From the NCBI RefSeq assembly GCF_009914755.1, contig NC_060938.1: a stretch of 64,000 bases of DNA; one strand, given 5' to 3'. The position numbers and the translations under genes were made by a program. Below are positions 51,730 through 64,000 of this stretch, piece after piece. The notes under the pieces were generated by a model, which was not told the origin of the DNA, searched no databases, and saw only the letters and a program-made list of their open reading frames with translations. Position 1 is the first letter of the stretch, and every line of letters starts with the position of its first letter. The stretch is from the human T2T-CHM13v2.0 reference genome, Homo sapiens.

Positions 51730-52480
51730 GTGTAATAGTAATGGAGATACAGAGAAGGGACCAGGTGAAAGAATCCACTGCACTCAATAACTGATTAGAT
51801 AAGGGAGTGGTAGAATGGAAAAGACCAAGTCAAAAAGAAAATGTAGGGGTCAAGCCTGGGTGAAATTTGATAACAGTGCCATGGACAGTAAGTAAAAGGG
51901 AGCACAGTAGGAAGAAGAAGGAAAAAAGGAGAAAGGATGATAAGTCTAGTTCTGAACAGTCATCTCCAAAAGTGGGCTGCAGACCCAGGCAGACATCTAG
52001 AGAGGCTGGAAACGTTAGGCTGGAGCTGAGAGTGAGGAATGCCGCCTTGTGCAAACGAGCCAACCGCTGGAGCACACAGGAGCATATGGAAGCACCTGGG
52101 GGAGTGGGGAGATGAGAAGAGAGGAGAGCCAGAGGCAGATCTTTGGGGGGAAACCTGCCTTTTGAGGTAAGAGAAAAGGAAACAGAACAAAAAGCAGATA
52201 AATAATTGGGAAGGTAAGGGGAGATTTCCTTAAAGTGAGAATGGATTACTTTTTATTAAGCTTAAAATAATGAAGTAAAAGATTAAGAGAGAAAGAAGAG
52301 TTTAAGTGAATGAGGCAACTCAGCAGTCTGTAGCTAAATAAGGATGAGGTCACTGGTAAATTTTGAGGGTAGCCGTTTCTCCAAGCAGTGAGGGCAGACA
52401 CAAGATTACACAAATTGGAGGAGCAGGTGGGGTGAGGGGGAGTGAAGCAGCAAGGCATGTCCCGCTTATTGTCAGGACAG
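51730..52480 (-). mobile_element. L2 internal fragment
   Basis: gatgataagtctagttctgaaca...ggtcactggtaaattttgag. Confidence 0.45.
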
Positions 52481-52489
52481 GCCAAACTA

Positions 52490-52790
52490 TGTGGCAATCC
52501 CAGAATAAATCCTCAAATCTCAGTGGTTTCACATGATAAAGGCTTACCTTTTGTTCACGTAAAGTCTGATGCAGGTCAAATAGCTTCCTCCATCTTGTAG
52601 CTGTACCTTTGGGGGCACATGGCAGAGGAAGCAAGAACAAGGGAAGTAAGACATTGGTTCTTTATTGCCCCAGTGTGGAAGCCACACATATCACTCCTGC
52701 TCATGGTTCATCTGCTAGAATGAGTTCCACGGCCTCACCCAAACAATACACCACATAGAACATCTGGTGAACACAGACTGCTGCAGACAC
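52490..52790 (-). mobile_element. Old MLT1 LTR fragment
   Basis: caaatctcagtggttt...cttcctccatcttgtagct...cacatatcactcctgctca. Confidence 0.5.
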
Positions 52791-53249
52791 CTTGTTCAAG
52801 AGATCAGGAAGTTAATAAATGGGGAAAGTAACCAAGAGGAGGGAGCCTGTGTTCATGCAAGGGACAGAGACTGCCGCATATTGAGGGGAGGGAGGACAAA
52901 GGTAGAGAGGATTAAAGTTATCGAGGCCTGGAGGAATCCTGAGTCTATCCCCTGATATCATAGTTGGCCCTCTCATCCTTACATCATCTGCCCTTGAGAA
53001 GCAACCTGCCTACGATCACCTCACAACCCCTGATAGAAATGTTGCCCACAGCCTTTTTCTACATGTTTTCAAGCACACAAATCAACACCAGAAACCACTC
53101 ATCCAATAAAGGCTATTGGAATGGATTCAAGACCTTCCTGCAAGGTGAGATAACCATGCCTTACACTCACAGTTTCCTGAAGGCTTTAAAATACATGACT
53201 TCGGTTGATCGTTATTATAATGGTATGAGACACATGTGGCCTGTAGAAT

Positions 53250-53370
53250 TATTACTACTACCATATCACCATTCTTATTTTACAGATGAGAAAGCTAAGG
53301 TGTAGAGAAAGCAAATGACTTACCCAAGGCCATGTGCTGAAGCTGGAATTTGGTTCTCATAGACCCTCTC
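53250..53370 (-). mobile_element. MIR fragment
   Basis: attttacagatgagaaagctaagg...tgacttacccaaggcca. Confidence 0.7.
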
Positions 53371-53542
53371 CTCTGTGAGCAAAATGCTGTCTGATTTGTT
53401 CTGTGCTTTTGAGGGCAGATTTAAAATGGTTGATACACCCTGCAGAAAGTGGGCAATGAATAGCTTTGTTATACTTTGTTTATAACAATTACATGAAGGA
53501 AACTGTTTCAACAACTTCTACTCCAATTTTGGACTCTAGCTA

Positions 53543-53976
<434 letters not shown>

Positions 53977-54477
53977 CTACAGAGGCATTTTGCTAGTGAC
54001 CCAAGGTCAAACTGGTTGGGCATGATGAGCTGATGGTGTGTGCTGTGCCTGGGCCAGTCCTTTCTCTGTACATCTGTGATGTTTTCTTTTCACTAGGAGT
54101 CTCAAAAATGCTACAACATGAAGGAAATGGTGCAGTCACCTCTCACTGGGTGCTAATATGTTCCTGGTGCTTTGTACACACTGTCCCCCTGGGACCTCAC
54201 AGAAGGCTTGCAAAGTAGTTACTCTCAGTTTACAAAGTTCAGAGAATTTAGGTGAATTATCCAACACTCTGCAGCTACATATAGCATGCCTGGATTCAAA
54301 GCTAAGCCCATCTCTCATCAAGGCTGGTGCACTTTCGACTAGCTCACTGAAACTCCTGGCTGAGGAACATGATGGGGAAAATGAAAATAAATAAAAAATA
54401 ACTGTCTTAGAGCATTGCACGAAATCAACTTTCTAATAGAGTCTATTTTCTCAAGGAAAGTATACAGGGAGGAAGAG

Positions 54478-54505
54478 GTGGATGGGTAGATGGATGGATG
54501 GAGAT

Positions 54506-54540
<35 letters not shown>

Positions 54541-54545
54541 TGGAT
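54478..54545. repeat. (GGAT)n/(GA)n microsatellite
   Basis: Visible repeat. Confidence 0.85.
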
Positions 54546-56932
54546 GCTGTAGATACTCTCCGGCACATCTTATACCTGCTTTAAATATCTGAAGCTACGT
54601 TGTCCTATGTTTTCAGAGCCATTGATCAATGCCAGGATGAGCCCAGGACAGGGCCCTGGGAAATGGCAGCCAAGAAGTGAGAGAAAAGCAAGAGAGAGGT
54701 GCCCCAAGCACCAAGAGCAGAGAGGAGATCCTATTGCTTTCCCTACCAACATCCCCAGTCTATTTAACAGATTGCTTTTAGATTTTTATTTTCTTGTAGT
54801 GATTTAAACACTTTAAATATTTGTATTTGGAGATAAAGGAAGAATTCCAAAGGTTTTGCATAAAATAACCATCATGAACCTGTTTTTCATTTTTTCTAAA
54901 GCCTGTCCTGGGCTACAGGGGTGAAGACACTTGGCCACTGAGGCTCAGGCAGGTCCTTTTCCGTGCTGCTTGCAGGAAGGAGATGGCAGCCCCACATGGT
55001 AGAGGCCCTCAGCTCCTTTGCTTCCTTGGCTACCAGAGCCTATTTCCAGCTTCACCTCACAGCCATGTGTGAACACGGCCCCGATGCCTGGAACAATCTC
55101 TGCGCCCACATTTGCGTGCCAAGGTGTGTGTACGTGAGGCCCTGCTCAGGCTGCGATGAAAATGCGAAGCACCTACTATTTTCAGCCTGAGCAGCTGCCA
55201 GGGCTTCTCAGCCAAGTTGGTGGAGGCAGCTCTCCACGCCCAAGCTGCCTGGTGTGAAACATGAAGAAAGCATCTGGGGTGGTCAAAACCTTCAAGCTTT
55301 CTGGAAACATGAGTTTCCAACACTCCACTTCAGTGTTATCCCTACAGAAACAGATACCTTTCCTTTTTACCAAAGCTCCTTGGAAGGAGCCACAATGGTA
55401 GTTTTATCTTCCACAGGTTTCTCTGAAGTACAGTGTGATGGAGGGACAGGGGTTGGCCTCTCCCCACCCCAGGCTCCCAAAGCATATACAGATTCAGGAT
55501 GCTACAGGGAGAAATCGGAATGCTGTGTATGATGGGTACTAGCTCAGAGTCCCAGCCTAGGCAACAACTGACTCCCAGAGCAGGACTTGGGGGAGCCATT
55601 CTGTTCCCTCCCAACCCCAATTTTAAGATATGGCTCAAGTCACTGAAGGACCAGGATTTCATTTCCCTTTGTCCTAAAATGACTCCAAAAGAAAGAGTGA
55701 AAGTCATTGAGTTCAAAGAGGCCCCTTGGAAACAGGTGTGGACTATGAGGAATAGGCCAATGGGGTCCCTGGCTGGCCCTCTGAATAGGATACCCACCTA
55801 AAAGGCTTTGCCTGGGTCCTGTGGGTCCAGCCCACACCTGCGGGGAGATGGAAGGTCGTGTACTTCCCGTAAAAGGATGTGAAGCACAGTGCTTTAGCAA
55901 GGGATGGTCCAAGCCAAGACATGACGTGCCTGGAGAAACAACCGAAGTTCCACCCCTAAACCAAAGATAAGTTATGCTACTTCCGCCAGTGCCCTCCTCC
56001 CAGCAGAAACCTGTTAGTTTGACAAAACAGAAACCCAGTCCAGGCCAAGGCCAACCTAGCTGCCTGTAAATGGGAAAGGAATCTATGGGTGGGGAAGGGA
56101 GGTGGCAGAGGGTTCATTTCAGGCTCCCATGAAAGAGAAAGCTGGTCTTTAGTGCCTTGGCCACCATTTCCACGCTGCCCTCAGCACATTCTGTTGCCCT
56201 AGCCTAGCCATTACAATTGCCCAGTGGCCTTTCTTGGGCTACAGATCTTTGCTTTGTTCAACTGAGGAAAGCAGAGACATTCAGTAACACAGAAAGTAAC
56301 CCGACAGAGCTGGCTCAGAGCCTGGATCTGCTGACTTCTAGCCCCATGGTCTTCCCCAACAGAATGTAGATGACCCACCCTGTCTCTTCAGTCACAAAGG
56401 GCTCTATTGACAAAAATATCCCCAGGACCTCTGCGACGGCACTCAGTAATGTAATCATTTCTCTGAGTTGACTGAGATTCCAACTTCAAGGACACGTGAC
56501 GAGGTGATGGCCAGTCACCTGACTGGTGATCCTTTCCTCTTTCTTTAGGAGTGAAATACAGGGGAGAGAGCACCTTCCCACTCAGTAGTGAAGCTGAAGC
56601 AAGAGGCCCAAAGTGACTGGGCTAAACGTCATGCAGCAGGAGGAGCTGGAGGTGAAAGAAGACACCCAGTGCACCCCCCTGTTCACAGCAAGTCTCATTT
56701 CTCACCCCTTCACCTTGCAGATGGTGAACACATATCTGCCAGCCCTGCGCCCAGCATCCCAGCCAAAGTGCTTTTCCCTCCCACTCCCTCACTCTATAGA
56801 GATGCACCATCCCAACCCTGCAAAGGGCCAGCCAGCTGATGCATTAAGTTCCAAGGGCAGGAGCCAGGCTTTTTAGATTCTTGCCTCCAGTAACATTACG
56901 TGACCTCAAAGTTTTAACTCAAATAGAAGTTT

Positions 56933-57197
<265 letters not shown>

Positions 57198-58399
57198 TAA
57201 AAGTTTAAACCAGGGCTGAGGAGTTGCGGGGCAGGTAGGACAGGAGGCTGGCATCTCTTGGAAGTTGTACTGCCTCCCTGGGAGGAGGTCTTGTCGCTCA
57301 CAGCTGCACAGGAGGCTCTGTCCGCAGGCCCAGAGCCCCTCCGGGTGTTTCTGTCCAGCACTAAGCTCCTTTGCCCCTAAGTATGACAGGTCACTGGAAG
57401 CCTCTTGAAACACTGAGCGAAATCTGCCGCCTGACACGTTCTCCCTGGCTAGTTGGCTGCTTTGCATGCCTATGGGGCAAGCAGGCTATTTTTGCGCGGA
57501 TTTCATAACCCCCTTTGTAGCTGCTGTGGCTGCTGATTGCACATGTGTTTCCAGCTCCACTCCCGTGGTGAGAATGTTTACAGAAACAGGCGCGTTGTCA
57601 GAGAATGTAGAGAAAGCAGGATTGAGAGATTAAGAGCACAATTTCCATGTCTAGACATAGTTCACGCAGCCGGCATCTGCTCCAATCAGGGTCTCCAGAA
57701 CTCAGCAACTTGTGCTGATCACTCTCTTAACCACTTATCCCATCTCTGAGAACTTGACTATGAAATCTTCCAAGGCAGTGACAAGGCGTGAGAGGGGCTC
57801 TCAGATGTCTTTCCTGAGGATAAATCCAGGATGGATTTCTGAGTGTTGTGATAGGAAAACGATCAAAGCATCAGAAAAATCTGCAAACATCTGCATACAT
57901 TTTTCTTTTTGTGATCTTAAACTGCAAGCCCAATTCCAGCCTCTGTGACAGGCTGCCTCTTAGTGTCTGGACTGGTAGGGTCGTCTTTATCACTACGTTT
58001 GTTGCTTATTTATCGATCCCAGTCTGCTTTCTCCTTTGCTTACCTTCTCACTCTTGTCAACCCGGTGACGAGTCTGCTCACCTACTGTGCTTTTAATGTA
58101 TCCTGTTGCTCCTCTTTCCCACCTTTAGACACTATGCCCAGGCTCTGTCAGACCCCACTGTTATATTCTGTTCAATTCAGCTTTCACTTTCAGCCCCACC
58201 ATGTTAAACAATCCTTTCTGCCGATCCTTTTTTGAACCTTTGATTCTGTTTGTTTCATGCCCCTTTCGTCCTAATCTTCTCTCCTGGCTCCCATCATTTC
58301 TGGTGTTAGGATTGCCCATCATAAGCTACCTTGGGCAGGATCTGTATCTGACTTAGCCTTGTTTCCGTCACAGCCTTCTTGGAGGACGTTTTCAAGAAC

Positions 58400-58630
58400 A
58401 GTAATACCAGCCACCCGTCAAGACCAATGTAGCGGGCACTGAACTAATGCTCCACATGCACTTTTCAATTTTCTCTTAATCCTCATAATAATCTGCTGAG
58501 GAGGTTGCCCAAGTTTACCCATAAAAAAGCTGGGGTCTAAAGGGGTAAAGTTGCTTGCCTAGTTCATCGGTGGCGGAAACAGGCTTCAAATTTAGGTCTG
58601 CTCGACTCTAGAGCCTGAACACCTAGGTAT
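58400..58630 (-). mobile_element. MIR
   Basis: cttaatcctcataataatc...ttgcttgcc...gcttcaaatttaggtctg...gactctagagcc. Confidence 0.55.
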
Positions 58631-61600
58631 CACCCTCACCCTCTTGTGAATGTATATTGAAAGAATCTGGGATGAATAAATAAATACTCAAGGCCCACAG
58701 CTTTCCAGCCATTTTGCTTCTCACATATATGCTCTGGCTCTTTTCTAACTCTCAAGGAAAGCAGAACCCTGCAAAGAGATCTAGGATGTAAACTCAGAGA
58801 CCAACCTCATTCTCCTTAATCCCACACCCATCTCCTGCCAGTCCACAGTCCTGGGGCCTGTTACCCAAGAGGACAGAGCTTCCGTGCTTTGGCAGGGGAA
58901 TGTGATCTCAGTCCCTTTTTGGAGGCTACCCCTGGGGTGGATGGTGGGGTGATGTGAAAAGGCATGGAGGGCAACTCAGGAACAACCGCTGCTGTTGTCC
59001 TCCCAGCCCAAGCTGGCCCATGCGTAGCCTGGGGCCATGGCCCAGAATCAGCCTTGCTGCCTGGTTTCTCAGGGTCACTTCTATTCAGGAAGAATTTCCC
59101 CCAGGTCCTTCCAGGTGGTCGTGCCAGTGCCGGTCACTTCAGGGGAACAGAGATGCAAGACACGGAAAAGGGCTATAAAAGATGATGGGGTAAGTGTCCA
59201 CAGCATCTCTCTCCCCCTGCTATTTGAGGAGAATGCTAAATGTCCACAATTTAACTCTTCCTACCCCTCCTAAAGAGGAAGTATTCTTACTTTCTAGAAA
59301 AGACGCGAAGTGGCCCAAACAATAAAAGAAATAACAGAGGAGGGAAGGGAAAAGAAAGCAGGGAGCTGTGGGTTGATAAGTGACCTAGATGGTTCACTGT
59401 GGCTTCCAGAGGCTGGAGGACGGAAAAGAGGAGACAAGTGAGATCTGCCCATGTGGCTTAGGAATTGGATCCTGTTTAATGAAGAGACTGTTGTAAATAA
59501 TGAATTCTTTAAAAAAAAATTAGCTGTACTCTGCAGAACTGTGTTGCTTTAGATATGGTTCCATGCAAAAACTAAGTCACATGTTCATACTCTTCAAAAA
59601 ATAGAGAAAGAAGTGTTTTGGACTCCTTGGTATCTTTAACGTAGGACAAGAATCATCACTTTGAAGTCATGGTTCGCAGGGTTGCTCTCTTGATTTCTTG
59701 ATTCCTGGCTTCTTGCCCTTCCTCCTCCCTACATAGACTAAAAGTGGAGAAGGTAGTTCCTGGAGGACAGGAAGGGGTTTTGATGCACAGTTGTGAGCCC
59801 AAATAAGTGCAAAGTAAATAGTTATTAAGAATCCAAGTATCAAAAGTTTCATGTGTCATGAGCTCACAAAATTATGTCATGTAAAAGAAGGATATCATAT
59901 AATCTCAATTTTCAAAAAAGAAAATATGTACACATACATGTAAAATATAACAGTGGAGTTCTGAGTGTACTTTTGTTTTCATTATATTTTATTTTTGTAT
60001 TATCCAAATTTTTTATAAAAAAAAATGTAGTTTCCCCCAGAAAACACTTTTTATAAAGGCAAGAAAATTAAATTCTGATGCATTTGGATGATAGGATAGG
60101 TCTTTTCAAAAGAGAGGAATAGCCTGAACATAGACCTAAGATCCTCAGAACTCACCAGGGAAAAAAATACTGAAGAAACCACTCTTCTTATTCATGGCAC
60201 CTTCCTGGTAATGATAGGACATTCCCTGCTGGTGGGTTAGCTGGTTTACAAAAGAGAGTGGATGCACTCTCCCTTTAGCAAAGAAAACATATTTATTGTT
60301 AATTACTTAGACCAACAAATGTCTTCAAACCTGAAGAAATACTCCTCTTTAGATCAAGTAGAGCAGTTTTCTTGTAACTTTCTTGATATTTGTCACTCTC
60401 CACTTTGTATTGCATCAATACAGAGGGAAAGACAAGACAACTGAAATTAAAGTGAAAAGATATACATTCAAAACCTGGCTGTACTACTTACTAGCTCAGA
60501 GACATCAAGCAAGTCATTTATCCTTTCCAAATCTCACATTACCTGCCATTCAAGGAATGCAATACAATAAGGGTAATTAAAGGGAAAGGAAGAAAAAAAT
60601 CAGAACCAAGAAAAGGCAGAAAGAGCACATACACTCCTTACAAGGGTGGATATTGTTTTTATTTTTGAGCAACAGCTTTACTCTGCATTTCCGGACATCC
60701 ATTTTTGTTGTTATCCAACATCTGCCCACCGATATTCCTTTTGAAGACTACCCCATTAATCTTGAGAGTGGCTGGTACTCCCTCTAAGACATCGAAAGGG
60801 ACTAGCTTTCCAAACTGAAGCCTTTGGCTAATCAGAAACTTTTCCAGGACTTGAATGTAGAGTGACCCAACATCATGAAGGCAATTGCACGTCTTACTCA
60901 ACCTGGCCCAGCAGCAAGAGAACCAGTTCCTGTGACCTCACTATCCAGAACTCTCTTGGTTCCTATGTGCTTCCCAGGCTTGGTTTTTGAGCATTCCATC
61001 TATTTTGTGAGCCTCGCTCTGATTGTGCAACATTCCTTGAATGGCAGGTAAAGCAAACTTTGGGAGGCTTTTGGGTTTGTTTGTTTTTTTTTAAGGAATT
61101 AAGTAACAACATTTTAATCAATAAATATGAACATGTGTTTGTTAACCAGTTATTATTTGGCAGAAAAAAAAAGTCATTTACAAAGAATGCAAAAGATAAC
61201 ACCACCTTGAAAACAAAGTGCCAAAAGTCTTTGCCATAAACATTTCCTCACTTATAGAACTAGAAGTAACAAACATTTATTCAGAATAAGGCTTGAAATA
61301 ATCTAAAAAGTTCCAGATATATTTTAAAGCTGTAACAGATTATTTTGCATGTAATGCCAAAATAGATTATTTTGCACATAGTAGACTATCTGACAACCCA
61401 ATGAATAAATGATTGAATAGATGAATTGTTGAACATCAGAGAAAGTGAATACTTATGTTCACATTATGGGCCAGGCCTATATTCAACTCTTGGTCTTCTC
61501 CTGCCTCACTGTCCCTTGCTCTTCCAAGGGCCTTGGACAGGGGACTTTCAGGTAGGGCTGGAATGGTAAGGTGTAAAGTGAAATTTGAAAAGGATAAATG

Positions 61601-61676
61601 ACTTGTCCACTGCCCCTGAGCTAGTCAGTGGTACAGCTTGGTCCTGAATCATCCTTTCAACAAATTCCTCTTTTCT

Positions 61677-61990
61677 TTTTCTTTTTTTTTTTTTTTAGAT
61701 CAAGTCTCACTCTATCGCCCAGGCTGGAGTGCAGTGGTGCGATCTTGGCTCACTGCAATCTCTCCCTGGTTCAAGCAATTCCCCTGCCTTAGCCTCCCGG
61801 GTAGCTGGGATTACCGACGCATGCCACCACACCCGGCTAATTTTTTTGTACTTTTAGTAGAGAAGGGGTTTCACCATATTGGCCAGACTGGTCTCGAACT
61901 CCTGACCTCAGGCTATCTGCCTGCCTTGGCCTCAAGGGCCTGTAATCCCCAAAGTGCTGGGATTACAGGCATGAGCCGCCACACCCTGCC
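61677..61990 (-). mobile_element. AluS with a small inverted insertion
   Basis: Reverse Alu; TSD acaaattcctcttttct at 61660-61676 and 61991-62007. Confidence 0.95.
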
Positions 61991-62097
61991 ACAAATTCCT
62001 CTTTTCTGACTGCAATAGCCAGAATCGATTTCTGTGGTATGCAAACTAGAACCTTGGAAAAAAATAGAAACATAAGTTACACAGTTCTCAAATCTGG

Positions 62098-62120
62098 AAA
62101 AAAAAAAAAAAAAAAAAAAA
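62098..62120. repeat. Poly(A) tract
   Basis: About 23 consecutive A. Confidence 0.9.
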
Positions 62121-64000
62121 GGATATAGACCATTTCCTCACAAGAGACAATGCTTTTTTGGGACTAAATTCAAAAAGTAACTCTCAAGGGGGAAGACACA
62201 TGGAGGAGAGCCTTAAGTCATTCAATAGATCATGTACTTATGATGACCAGATAGTCTTTAACCTGGTATTTTATGTCTTGTTAACCCCGGCCTTGTTCAT
62301 AAAAGTATCTACTATAATTTTGCTGAAGGAAGGACTAAACGAATGAGGATGCTTTCTAGAAACTTTTCTCAGCTGACATTCTCAATTGGTGTTCAACCAC
62401 CCTTATCTAGAGGAGACACAGGATTTCCATAACAATACCTAAGACCCTCTTCCTCCTCAGCTCCAACACCCACCTACAAGATTGGCAGATCCTACATAAT
62501 TACCCACACAGTGAGCACTTTCTATTTCTCCTGATTCTTCATTCTTCTTCCCTACCAGCAAGTTTATATCCTGTCAGAAATTATTATTTGTGCTTCTCTT
62601 TCCTGCACCTAGTCCAAAGCCAAAGGTGAAAGGTGATGGGAGTGAGCAGGAGGTCATGGAGCTTATCCCTGAGGACCTACATGGAGGGCATCTTGGAAGT
62701 TCACCGAGAAGAGCCGGTGGGCAGGATCAGGCAAAGTAGGGCTGGGCCCTCTGCTCCCTCAGCTCAGGAGCCCTTTTCCTGCCTCTCTAGTGGGTTTCAT
62801 AACTCCATAGAAGATGATTCTGAATGCCAACCAAATAACTTCACACAATTAGAATGGCCAGCCAGACCTAAAATACAGAAGTCTAAAACTACTGCTCAGT
62901 GGGGCCTGTCAATGACATCAACAGGAGACAGACACCCAGGTTATCATTCTGCTAAGACCTTGCCTTTTACCCATCCTGCTGCTAAAGGAAGTTTTCTCCT
63001 TCTACGTTGAGTCATGTTAATCATAGATTCCCATTTTCTTAAACTTCTAATTTAAACTGTTGAGATTGCAAATCTTTAAGATTCACAATCAACTGGACCA
63101 ATAATCCAATAGTATCTTCTACAAGAGTATTCTTCTTTAGGAGAGCTGGGCAGTGATGATGAACTAGTAGTATTCACCCTAGTAGGTCATTGCCTGGAGT
63201 CCCTGGGAGGCATTAGATTCCTGACATAAGTTGTGTTTCCTCAGATACCAGGAAAGGCTAGAGCATGGCAATAGCATTCTGGAAATAAAAAGTATCACTG
63301 CCTTCTCCCTCCTGCTCCTGTCCCCCACCACCCCCAGTTTCCTGCACAAGCCTTGTACAAGTGGGGAGAGCAACTTGCTCAAATCCAGACCCAGAAGTAA
63401 GGAATAGACCCTGGCATCCTAACAAGGCTGGAACCTGCTACACCAGAGTGCCTGCTTTTCATTGAGAAATACAAAGAAGCAGCAGCTCCTCCTTTGGCCC
63501 GAGGCCAACCTCCACAGTAGAGTCAAAATGTTCTATCACCCCTGATGCAAAGCATCTCAATCCCTGCTGAGTGGCTGGAGAAGCAGTGGGAGCAACTCAG
63601 CCTGGCAGGATCTGTATTTCACTGTCTCCCTATTATGGAGTAATATAAAAATATGTTACAGCAGCATCAGGCAAGCAAAGCATTACAGGAGGTCTGAATT
63701 CAAGGCCCGGTGTCACCTCAGCTCATTAGCTTTTCTATGGATGGCAAGGCAGATTCCCTTCCCCCTTGAACAAGCAAGAGACTCACTGTGTTGAGCCTTG
63801 CTCACCAAGTCAAGGCAGATCTCCAGGAAAATAGGCCTGCTGATGTGGAAGAAAAGAAGGCAAGCCAGAGCAAGGGGCCACCGGTGGCCTACAGGGGAGC
63901 CTCCAGGGCTGACCCCTTTGCTTTTCCTATTTAGCATTTATTTGAACTGAAATTTACATGTTTGGCTTCAGTCCAAGAACTAGCATTTTGTGAGAGAGCC

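Noticed and set aside
55342-55797. 151-aa minus-strand ORF
   Set aside because: Non-ATG start, no recognisable motif; a length that can occur by chance in six frames of 64 kb
60660-61060. Possible very old MLT1-like LTR
   Set aside because: Similarity too faint to call by eye; needs a Dfam search

Overview
Non-coding great-ape (most likely human) genomic DNA. The SVA, AluY/S/J, THE1/MST/MLT1, L1, L2, MIR and MER elements fix the lineage. I recognise no protein-coding gene, RNA gene or CRISPR array; the ORF track is explained by repeats or chance. A large share of the window is transposon-derived, often nested with readable target-site duplications (TSDs). Highlights: a 5'-truncated SVA inside a THE1A LTR; an intact THE1 LTR with a DUX4-type motif, TATA and splice donor that could drive a short spliced lncRNA; Alus with unusual internal rearrangements; a CTCF-like motif; and several repeat-free motif clusters that may be enhancers. 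I found no convincing new biological system. Subfamily names come from recalled consensus sequences, and boundaries of old repeats are approximate.
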